Under the pieces are notes generated by a model that was not told the DNA's origin, did not search any database, and saw only the letters and a list, made by a program, of their open reading frames with translations. This document shows positions 34,101 to 43,152 of a DNA stretch of 64,000 bases, piece after piece. The first letter of the stretch is position 1, and every line of letters starts with the position of its first letter. The DNA is from Cyanidioschyzon merolae (lineage: Eukaryota), in assembly GCA_000091205.1 (NCBI GenBank), contig AP006500.2; one strand, written 5' to 3'. The position numbers and the translations under genes were made by a program.

Positions 34101-35403
34101 ACTTATATCAGCAGAACATGCAGTGGGGCAGGTCGATTGACTTGCTGCTCGGATGTACACAAAAAAAGACGGGTTTCTTCCTGCTGCCGTCAACATCACC
34201 ATATCCAGCCTTTGTCTCCGACTATTTCCGTATCCTCGCTTGTGTTCCGTTTTAAATGAGCCGCTGAGCTTGCTCGTCTCAAACTCGATTGTCGGCAGTC
34301 AATGGATGTTGATGGCAGTTTGTTCAAGACCCGATTTCGCTGTTCCCACTGCGGCTGTCGACGTATTCCAAAGACAGGCGAAAGCTCCGACCGAAGCCTC
34401 GCTTGCTATTTTCATCTTCTTCGTATAGAGCCGCGCTGTGCTCCTGGCATCGTCGATACCTGGCTGTGGTCTGGTGCCGTCCGGTGCCCAGCACGCTCTC
34501 TACTCCTCCTCCGAGAGCCGCCCAGTGGCGCACGAATACGTGCATCATCGAGCGCTGCATGCCCTCGACGAGTACCCAAGGATACCGTCGATGCCCTCGT
34601 CCGTAACCGCCGGCATTGCCGTACACTGTGATCACGCGCTTGTTCTTTGCGATCCCAGCGGCACGTAATCCGACCGATACACGTGCGAGCGAACGCTCTC
34701 CCTTTCGATCGATGATTCGTGGAACGCGATGTTGTACGTGACGAACCGAGCACCGAAAGAGGAGCCCTGGCAACAGGTCAAGTCGCGATACGTTGATCCG
34801 TGTACGCTCCTCGCTTGTGCCGAGCAGTGACGCTCGATCCACCGGCAGCGGTACCTCCGATGACTCGAGTCCCGGTCCAAGATACTTGTCTATGCAGCCT
34901 GGAGAGACGGGATCGTCTCGGGACGTATCCCGTCAGGGGCGTCACCTTGGTGCAGCGTCCCGCTTCGTCGATCGCTATCGAGACAGGAGGATTTGCTTTT
35001 CGAACGGAATCGACTATTGGACGCGAGCGTTGCACTGAACTTGCGATAAGATCTTTTGTGGCAGTCGTGCGCAGGCGACGTCGAGTATCTATCATTGTCC
35101 ATCAATCGACCGGAATCACAGCGCCCGCGATTCTCCATGAAATACCCAGACAGGGATCTTGAAGAGTGTACGGTACGGGGATGCTGCACATCAGCACAGG
35201 AGCACACTGGAGGCTCGTACATATCCATTGCTTAATGATATCGGATATTTTACGAACGCATCTTCGATGACACTCCGCGAATCATTTTGACTCCAGCAAC
35301 GCAACGAATTCCATCCGCAAGTATTCTTCGAATATATCACTCGGAAAAGACGCCCCCGCATCCTAGAACTAGGTATGGATCCGAATGCTCGTGTTGCTGC
35401 ACT
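34101..35403 (-). repeat. Dispersed repeat copy C (~1.3 kb, inverted relative to A); its end runs into the maximal ORF of the downstream helicase gene
   Basis: It has the same start point as copy B. It diverges from A and B at ~35403, where C reads ...gtgcagcaacacgagcattcggatccatacc and then becomes unique. Confidence 0.85.
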
Positions 35404-35594
35404 TTGAAATTAGAGCCTGTTCATCAAAAGAAAAAGTTCGCAAGAAAACCGAAAAAAAGAGCCGCAGCGCCATCGGTAGCATATGCCTTTTCCCATCTGA
35501 CACTGGTGGCGTGTGCCGAGTAGTACTCGACTGCTCGCTTGCGCTCACACACTGGACACGTCGAGCTCTGGTTAGGCATATTCCGCGTCGAAGA

Positions 35595-37229
35595 ATGACC
35601 TTTCTTCAAGCTCCAGTCACGTTTTCAAAGGCGCGTCCGCGACCTTGTCGGGGGTTTGTGTCACCACATCCTGAGTATACTCGGAACGCGAGTCGTTTCT
35701 CTCAACGAGTTCCGTTGGAACGTCGACGTTGCCGCGTGCATACCGTGCTTCGACTCGAGCTGTCGGGTGACGCTTTCGACAAATTTGGAGACAGCTGTAG
35801 AGAGACACCTGCTATAACTGCAACGCCGGGCGAGCAGCGTGAGTCGGGGAGTTTTCGCGAGCGCTACGCTTCGCGCCTGCCTGCGTGGCTCCTCACCCGC
35901 CTCGAGTCGGTCGGTTTTCACCGTTATACGCCTATCCAGAAAGCAGCATTGGACCATTTTCTGGGTACAGACGAGTCAGCACAAGGCGAAGAGCGCGCCA
36001 GGGACGCTGTCGTTTTCGGAGAAACCGGCTCCGGCAAGACTCTGGCATACCTCATTCCGCTGCTGGCCACCGTGAAGCCTACCCGTTCAGCAGTGCAAGG
36101 CCTCGTGATTGTCCCTACTCCGGAACTCGCTGTGCAGGTATATCGCGTTGCTCGCCGTCTTGCTGTGGGATACCTAGCCACGACAGCACCTGCATCGTCG
36201 TCAGTGCCACGGCGCGACCGTTTCCTTATAGGCATTGCACTCAACGAGGCTAGTGTCGATCGACAACGTCGCTTCTTTCGGAACGCACCGCCGAGAATCC
36301 TCATCGGCATCGCGGACCGCATTGAGGCTCTTGCGAGATCCAACAAGCTCCGTCTGCACTCCGTCCGCATGGCCGTTATAGACGAGGTTGATGTGAGCGT
36401 CGGGGAGCCCGCCTACCGGGCAAGCCTTCACGCGCTCCTGAACGTGTACTGCATGTCGAGGATCGAGGGACGGCGCACCACAGTGTTCGTTTCGGCAACG
36501 ATCCCCCAGTATCGACATTTCATGGACTATGCACGCCAGCAGGGATGGATGGATGGCGACATCAAAATCCTCGCAACAAAGTCGAGTCCCATGGACGCCG
36601 CACCGCAGGTGCAAGCCGTCCATGCCGCGACTCTCCGGGCCAACGCAGAGGAAACGCCCGCTTCACCGAACGGCCTGGAGTTGGCGTTGCAGCGCACGAA
36701 CGCTCCAGGCGTCGCACAACTACCCGAACGAATCGAACATTTTTATGTCATCTGCACCGAATCGCGAAAAAAGTTGAAAGCGCTTGCTTTCCTTCTCGAA
36801 AGGGAACGCCCTTCGCTTACCCAGGTCATCATTTTTTGCAGTGAATCACGAAATCTTGACCAGATTGCGAACTATATCCATGTACAGGGTCTTTTTACGG
36901 AATCCGAAGTTGCAGTGTTGTCGACAGCGCTTCCGCTGCGACGCCGACGACTCGCTCTGGAGCGCTTTCGCTGCGGCGAGGTCCGAGCGCTTTTCTCCAC
37001 CGATCTGGCGTCACGCGGTTTGGACATACCCGAAACGAGTCATGTGATCAACTTTGACTTACCCGAGACCGCAGAGCAGTATGCCCATCGAGTAGGACGC
37101 ACGGGAAGACTCGGTCGGCGGGGTCGCGCGATCTCGATAATCGTCCCTGGGGAACGATTCGTGCTTCAGCGCTATAGCAATCGCTTCCGCATCGATTTCA
37201 CGGATTGGACCCAAACTTCCCAGAGCTGA
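35595..37229 (+). CDS. DEAD-box (DEVD variant) ATP-dependent RNA helicase
   Basis: Motif I is GETGSGKTLAY, motif Ia is PTPELAVQ, motif II is DEVD, motif III is SAT, and motif VI is HRVGRTGRLGRRG, with ARGLDIPETSHVINFDLP. The start is set at the first ATG downstream of the repeat-derived 5' part of the maximal ORF (35385). Confidence 0.7.
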   Translation: MTFLQAPVTFSKARPRPCRGFVSPHPEYTRNASRFSQRVPLERRRCRVHTVLRLELSGDAFDKFGDSCRETPAITATPGEQRESGSFRERYASRLPAWLLTRLESVGFHRYTPIQKAALDHFLGTDESAQGEERARDAVVFGETGSGKTLAYLIPLLATVKPTRSAVQGLVIVPTPELAVQVYRVARRLAVGYLATTAPASSSVPRRDRFLIGIALNEASVDRQRRFFRNAPPRILIGIADRIEALARSNKLRLHSVRMAVIDEVDVSVGEPAYRASLHALLNVYCMSRIEGRRTTVFVSATIPQYRHFMDYARQQGWMDGDIKILATKSSPMDAAPQVQAVHAATLRANAEETPASPNGLELALQRTNAPGVAQLPERIEHFYVICTESRKKLKALAFLLERERPSLTQVIIFCSESRNLDQIANYIHVQGLFTESEVAVLSTALPLRRRRLALERFRCGEVRALFSTDLASRGLDIPETSHVINFDLPETAEQYAHRVGRTGRLGRRGRAISIIVPGERFVLQRYSNRFRIDFTDWTQTSQS

Positions 37230-37440
37230 CAGCGCAGCATACTAGAGTTAATATCCGTTTGGGCACGACGCCGTCAATGTGGCGTTTCCTCTTCAACGAG
37301 GCACACGAGAAGCGCCATGCGATAACCGTTGCCCTACGCGCAACTGGAGCGGAACCGTAATTCTCATGCATAAGCCGTCGACGAATACCCAAGGCAGCGG
37401 CGTCATAATAGATGAACGCTGAACCTATCCCGTTCGACGC

Positions 37441-40400
37441 TTACAGTGCATCTAGACGGAGCACCGTAACGGACACTTGCATGCCGTCCGTGGCGTCCTC
37501 CGAGGTGACTTGTGGACTCGTGCGCGCCGCCGTCTCTGGGACCTCGGCAGCTGCTTCCGTCAGCAGGCGCTCTATGGCCTCATCGGAGAACGTCTTGGAT
37601 GCGTTCTCGTCGTCAATGCTCAGTCGCACACCGTGGCGAACGAGTCCGCGCATGGTGGCCCGCGACAGCGTCTCACGATGGGTCGCGATCCACTGGAGAA
37701 TCCGCGGTAGCGGTGCCAGATGGAGCTGGATGAACTGACAGAGCTCACTTGCGTACGGGAGCGGATGGAAACCCAGCACTTCTTCCAGATTACCGATAAG
37801 GGTCTTGGCATCTACCAGCGCCTGGCTCACGCATTGAATGTCTACACTGGTGACGGGAATCTGTGCGATGCCGTCCTGAACGGCAACAAGTACGCCAAAA
37901 ACGCAGGCGCGCCACAATGGCTCCTCGGCATGCGCCGGTAGTCCTCGGGATTCGTGCAGCATGCGCAAACGAGCCGTTATCTGGGCTACATATGGACTAG
38001 CCCGCGAAACGGAGACCGCATCCTCATTCCCGCCTGCAGAGGCTTCTCCAAGCGTTTCATGCACAGCGCCTTCTGCCGACGGTGAGACCGGGCTCTGTCC
38101 CTGGGTAATAGACTGCCACCAGGGTGCCTTTTTCTGTTTCAACTGTTGAACGACGTTGCGCGTGATCTCTGCGGTATCCACGAGCGCCGGTGCCAGGGAA
38201 CGGTACAATGCCAGTTGCAGCGCATCGGCGAGGCCACGTAGCTGGTTCGCTCTACCAAGAGCCTCGGCGACAAACGCGTTTCGCCATCGGCTTTCCGGTC
38301 GGTATGCAACCTGTGTTTGTTCCTGAAAGGTGGCCGCTGTCTCCAGAGTCAGCGCAGCGACCTGTCCTATGGTCCAGGCCGACTCCACAGCGCAACAAAA
38401 CTTGCTCAAATTGAGTTCCGACCGCGGTCGTTGGAGCGCTGTTGACGACGCTGCACTGGATCCCGGTTCATGTAGAAAGTGTGCCAAAAGTGCTCGCTGG
38501 TACGCACTCAGTGCTGGCCGCAAGCTTTCATACTTTTCCAGTTGAACGAGACTACCGCCTAGAATACCCGTTGCCATGAAGCACGGCGCGTAGACGACAC
38601 CGAGCAGGTACATCGCAAAAAGTGCGATTTGCTGAATCGCTTCCGCAAATAGACCAGCTGGGGCAACATTTGCATATTCAGATGGTGCATACAGCATCGA
38701 TGCGAGCGTGCCAATGCATTCGATCCCAAATACCGATGCGCCCGTAAATGTATAGTCGTCGGGTATAGAATAACCCTCATCACGATGCAAGCGCTCCCAG
38801 ATAATAGACAGGAGATCTTCAACGCGCAAAGAGGCTAGCTCGTGGGTAAGCACCTTCACCACGAGGCACGAATCCGGATCCGCATCTGGTACTGCATACC
38901 AGGCGCGAATCGTCTCCCAGTAAGAACGCCAAGTCTCCGGTACAAAGCGATTCTGATCGAGCTGCATCTGGTTGCGCGTGTCAGTATTTCCCAGCGACTG
39001 AACGCTGATTGCTTGCCAGTCATTGGGAGTCGCAAATATCTCCATGAAGCGCGACTCAATATCACGTTTGAACAGATCAATATAACTCTTGAGGAGAGGC
39101 TTCACGATATTCTCGTGGATCGTAGCGAGCGGCAACGTGCGCTGCTTCCTCTGTCGAGTACCACGCAGGAGGCGTTCTGCATTCAGCTCCAAACTCGATG
39201 TGCGCACTACCGAGCCGTTCGGGCTTGCAGTAACCATTGAATGCTTCCTTGGTGCAGTCGCATCGAAGCTATAGATACCAGCGGCGCGTCCATCAGCGTC
39301 TTCCGGGAAGTGATCATCGGCTGCAATGGATATCCACTGTGTCTCCAGAGCGTGCAGCACCAGTTGGGAGCGCCAAAGCTCCGCCAGCGTCACTACAGGA
39401 TAGGTATCGTGTTCAGCGACAAGCTGATTCGCCATGAAATCGCAGTCCGCGTCGAGTCGAGCTTGCAGTGCCTCCCAAACGATGCTTCGAAATCGTTTGC
39501 TGATCCTGGGGTGTTCGAAAAGCTGTCGCACTGGGTAACAGATTGCTGAGAGAAATCCAGCCCAGCAGTCTAGAAACTCCCACGGATTCCGTGGTCTCGA
39601 GGCCAGTTCCCCACCAGATGGAGCGGTGTTGCTTGGCACATGTTGCGATTTTGGCGTCCGTGGTGCCAACGCGTTGGCATGGGCGCCTGCAGCCTGCCAT
39701 ACGTTCGTAAAGCTCGCAAGCAACGGCGACGCCACCGCAGCCTCTCTTTTGGATAACTCGTTTAAAGTCGCACCGGAGGCTTGCCTCCATTGTGCGCATT
39801 CGAGCGCCCTTGCACGAATCTCGGCAAGCACATGCTCCAAGGCATATGCGAAACGCTCGGCTAGGACCAACTCAGCGCCGAGATTCTCATAGGCGTTCCA
39901 GACGGCCTGGAATACTTCCGCATCGAACTTGCAACAGAGACCCTGCACCTGCTCGAACATGCACTGAAGCGATCGAGCGGCAAGGTCCATGAACACGTCT
40001 GAGAAATCTCTAAATATTCTTCCCTTTCGAACGACAGATCCAAGTTCTCTACGGAGAAGGCTCGAACGATACAGCAGATCGAATGACTTGCAAAGACGAT
40101 TCGCTTCATCATACTGATGCAGACGCAGCGCATCTCGCACTTCGTCTAAGAGCTGCTGCATCCGTCGAATAGTTTCAAGACTCTGTACAACCGAACGCAG
40201 AAATGAACGCTTGCTTACTTTGCGTTCGAATAGCTCTTCTGATACGTGCAGTTCTTTTCTTGAGCGACGAATAAGGTTCGAGTTTTCAGAAAGCGTCCCG
40301 AGTGCTTTCGACAAAGCGTCCGACACCAAATCCAGTGCGAGCGTTCGCTGCGCAACAGCTTCCGGGCCGGCCCGCAGTCGGACGTAGCGATTACTTCCCA

Positions 40401-41076
40401 AAGCCTGCGCTTGGTAGAGATGAGCCGTGTAACAGTCCAGCTGCTCGGTTGCTCGACCTAACTCATCAATGGCTTCGGTAAGGGCGCTCAAATTGATTAT
40501 CATTTTGCCATCAGCTCGTCGTCGAGATGCACGCATTAGAGCCTCCTGCAGCAAACTCGACGGTGTAACGCTTTCAATGACTTTGAGCTCGGACGCTTTT
40601 TCGTTGGACTCCTTGGCGCCGGCAGCGGCAACGGCACGTTCCACCGTGCTCAAGGAGACGTGCAACGACTTGAGCTGACGAAAAGACAGCTTTTTCGTGC
40701 CTCTCTCCGAACTTGCTGCTTGTCGGTTGCCGTCCTCGGTCGTGTCACTGTGGCGAGGCCGTTCGGGAACGACGGCAGCCGCTGTCGCTCGGGACTGGTT
40801 TTGCCGTGCATTGTAAGCGCGGCAAGTGCTCTCGTACTCAGAATTACAGTGCGAAAACGAGCCAGTGCCTACCGTGGAGCTGCCTGAACCGCCAACGGAT
40901 CCTAACAAACGTAACTCTTTCGCCAGAGGTTCGAACGGGCGTCCCGCAATGTGAAGCTGCTCTGCTGAGAACGAGCGACCGACCCGGAGCCCCCGGGAGT
41001 GGCGTGTTTTTTCGGAGTTCCACGAACCAACGTGCTCACCGGTTTCACGGGGCCGTTCGTGAAGAGATTCCATCAA
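37441..41076 (-). CDS. Large (1211 aa) hypothetical protein, mostly alpha-helical; weak resemblance to vesicle-tethering complex subunits (Vps54/COG-like)
   Basis: This is a 3.6 kb uninterrupted ORF with non-repetitive composition and predicted amphipathic helical repeats. I recognise no diagnostic catalytic motif. Confidence 0.4.
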   Translation of the reverse strand: MMESLHERPRETGEHVGSWNSEKTRHSRGLRVGRSFSAEQLHIAGRPFEPLAKELRLLGSVGGSGSSTVGTGSFSHCNSEYESTCRAYNARQNQSRATAAAVVPERPRHSDTTEDGNRQAASSERGTKKLSFRQLKSLHVSLSTVERAVAAAGAKESNEKASELKVIESVTPSSLLQEALMRASRRRADGKMIINLSALTEAIDELGRATEQLDCYTAHLYQAQALGSNRYVRLRAGPEAVAQRTLALDLVSDALSKALGTLSENSNLIRRSRKELHVSEELFERKVSKRSFLRSVVQSLETIRRMQQLLDEVRDALRLHQYDEANRLCKSFDLLYRSSLLRRELGSVVRKGRIFRDFSDVFMDLAARSLQCMFEQVQGLCCKFDAEVFQAVWNAYENLGAELVLAERFAYALEHVLAEIRARALECAQWRQASGATLNELSKREAAVASPLLASFTNVWQAAGAHANALAPRTPKSQHVPSNTAPSGGELASRPRNPWEFLDCWAGFLSAICYPVRQLFEHPRISKRFRSIVWEALQARLDADCDFMANQLVAEHDTYPVVTLAELWRSQLVLHALETQWISIAADDHFPEDADGRAAGIYSFDATAPRKHSMVTASPNGSVVRTSSLELNAERLLRGTRQRKQRTLPLATIHENIVKPLLKSYIDLFKRDIESRFMEIFATPNDWQAISVQSLGNTDTRNQMQLDQNRFVPETWRSYWETIRAWYAVPDADPDSCLVVKVLTHELASLRVEDLLSIIWERLHRDEGYSIPDDYTFTGASVFGIECIGTLASMLYAPSEYANVAPAGLFAEAIQQIALFAMYLLGVVYAPCFMATGILGGSLVQLEKYESLRPALSAYQRALLAHFLHEPGSSAASSTALQRPRSELNLSKFCCAVESAWTIGQVAALTLETAATFQEQTQVAYRPESRWRNAFVAEALGRANQLRGLADALQLALYRSLAPALVDTAEITRNVVQQLKQKKAPWWQSITQGQSPVSPSAEGAVHETLGEASAGGNEDAVSVSRASPYVAQITARLRMLHESRGLPAHAEEPLWRACVFGVLVAVQDGIAQIPVTSVDIQCVSQALVDAKTLIGNLEEVLGFHPLPYASELCQFIQLHLAPLPRILQWIATHRETLSRATMRGLVRHGVRLSIDDENASKTFSDEAIERLLTEAAAEVPETAARTSPQVTSEDATDGMQVSVTVLRLDAL

Positions 41077-41336
41077 AAGGTAGCATAATCAAGTCGGCAC
41101 AGCACGCACCAACAACGCCTTTCGAAAGAGAAACGTTGTCACCGGGCGTGTATAGTAGTGGCGAGTGACCTGCCCTAGACAAGAAGTCTCCAACTGAGGT
41201 GCAGACGCCTCTCCGTCTTTTTGGACCGGCCACCCACCACTTCTTCAAACTTTTTCTCATATAGTTCTACTTTGAGAGGTTTTCCAATAAAATTCTCTCG
41301 TATCAGCTCTGGAGGTCTATTCTCCAGCACCGCCTA

Positions 41337-41609
41337 TTTCCTTACATTGATAGCGGCGTTAAAGTCTCGGTTCACGAATTCCATACGTTTCTTGCCATCA
41401 CTGGTTGTACTTATTAGTGCAAGTAGTCCACGAACTTTCGCTCTCATTTCCATTTGCTCTTCCGTCAGCGGTCCGTACCATTTCATATCCTCAGGGCTCC
41501 TCTGGCACTGTTCCATCTCGACCCCCTGAAGTGTGCATCCCGGTTCATGGTGTGGATAAGACGTTCGAAACTCATCAACAGGTATCGTGACAAAACGCCG
41601 TGCGCACTC
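41337..41609 (-). pseudogene. TnpB/Fanzor-like gene, C-terminal segment (TS motif, Cys/His cluster, RuvC-III)
   Basis: My manual translation of the same frame after the TAG gives ECARRFVTIPVDEFRTSYPHHEPGCTLQGVEMEQCQRSPEDMKWYGPLTEEQMEMRAKVRGLLALISTTSDGKKRMEFVNRDFNAAINVRK*. The TS...C...C...RDxNAAxNI order is the TnpB/Cas12 C-terminal architecture. Confidence 0.5.
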
Positions 41610-41612
41610 CTA

Positions 41613-42542
41613 GTACGTTCTTGTCTTTGGAGCTGGAGTAGTCCCTTTTTGGATCTTCCAGCGCCCTGCTCTGTATGCTACTACGAGCCTCCGACTTTGA
41701 TCCTCTTTGAGGGCGCTCAGTTGATTGAAAAAGTTCGCGAACGCCCGCCGCTTACCGCAATATAAATTCATTCGCAAAAGAGCCCAACTGGGATTTGTAT
41801 ACTCCTCCCACAGTGCATCCCAATGAGGAACACGTACATTCATGAACTTCCGAAAAGCTTGTAAGCCCGCTCCTCGGCTCGTCACCTCGCTCAAAGCTTC
41901 CAGGTGATCCTTCATTCCTGAATTCCACGTAACAATTTTCTTCCTCACATTCATTATACCGGATTCTCGATAGTATCTCGCTCTCGAGAACCTCAATAGA
42001 CGCAAGTCTTTCTGACGTAAGTTGCCGTCAATGCCGTCTTCCCCACATTTGAGTGCGGCGATGGTAACGATATTCGTGTTCCCGGGGTCCGCGCCAACGA
42101 CCAAGTCGTTATCTTGCACTTTCTGTGTCGCAGGACCCGCCTGCTTCTCATCTTCATTCTTCGTCGCGGGCGGAGCTGGACGATCTGTCTTCAAGCGCCG
42201 ATTGTGCACACTCAAGGCTACTCCATCGGTTTCGATCATCCCAGCGAATACCTTTTGTTTGCTGACTTTGAGACGTTTGAAATCGAAGATATTCTTCCAG
42301 TACTTCTCCCGGTTTTCGCCGGAGAATCCCTCCTTGCTGACACCGAACTCGGGACTGATCTCGCTAATGATGCCGTAAAGGATTCTGGACTCGATAGTAA
42401 CAAAATGTGACTTGATGTTGCACATTGGAACCACGTTGAAGCGCTTCCCCATTAGGAACGCCTTCCGTCTCTCCCACTCTTCATTTTTTCCCTCAATCAG
42501 CTTCATCTCCGCCTTGCGCTCGAGTTCTCGACTCAGCGACAC
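41613..42542 (-). pseudogene. TnpB/Fanzor-like gene, central segment containing the RuvC-I-like motif
   Basis: The motif [19 protein letters not shown] is present, and the segment ends ...RRLVVAYRAGRWKIQKGTTPAPKTRTY. It terminates at an in-frame TAG (41610-41612) and continues in the same frame into the next segment. Confidence 0.5.
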
Positions 42543-43152
42543 GAAATACCGCAGGATAAAGGGATGCCATCCTTTTCATAATTGATACCCTTTTTTGTGG
42601 ATGCATCAGCCCCAGAACCGCACGGTGCTCTTGAATAGCCGCACAGATCACAGAAGCTTTATTCTCTCCCTCGCATGATGTCTTCTTGTGGACGAATTCC
42701 ATTTCCTGTTCATTCTTACTATCGTTCGTGATGCTATCGATGATGGCCCATATCCTTTTGCGAGAGAGGCCCGGGTACAGCGCAAAGATGAAGCCTATCA
42801 TGAAGCGTTTGAGGTTCATAGTCATATGGTTCTTCCGGTACGTGAGGTACTTCGTCGCTCCGTAGGTGTAAATATCCCGGTTACCCATGTATCGAGTACC
42901 CTCGACGCGGAATTCCACGAAATTTTCGTAGAGGGCGTGCACTGGCTCATTATCCCTCCGCGCCTGCCGTGTACCAACCATCAGGTGGCGAACGAAGGTC
43001 TTGTTGAAAATTCCTCCGGAACCTCGACTGTTTTGATTTCCGTCGCGTTGCGATACATCTCCTTCACCAAATGCATTAGCCCTTACGAAGCGTGTATAAT
43101 ACTCATGGATTACGAATCGACACGGTTTCCGATGGCTTCTCGCATCTTCTCC
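42493..43152 (-). pseudogene. TnpB/Fanzor-like gene, N-terminal segment (frame 1)
   Basis: The open frame runs from 43152 to 42493. It overlaps the next segment by 50 bp in a different frame (a frameshift or short intron). A Lys/Arg-rich putative NLS region lies further upstream in ORFs 43110..43358 and 43165..43419. Confidence 0.45.

Noticed and set aside
37412-38545. Several plus-strand ORFs (73-108 aa) inside the 1211-aa gene
   Set aside because: They are antisense shadows of the long minus-strand ORF. None has a motif.
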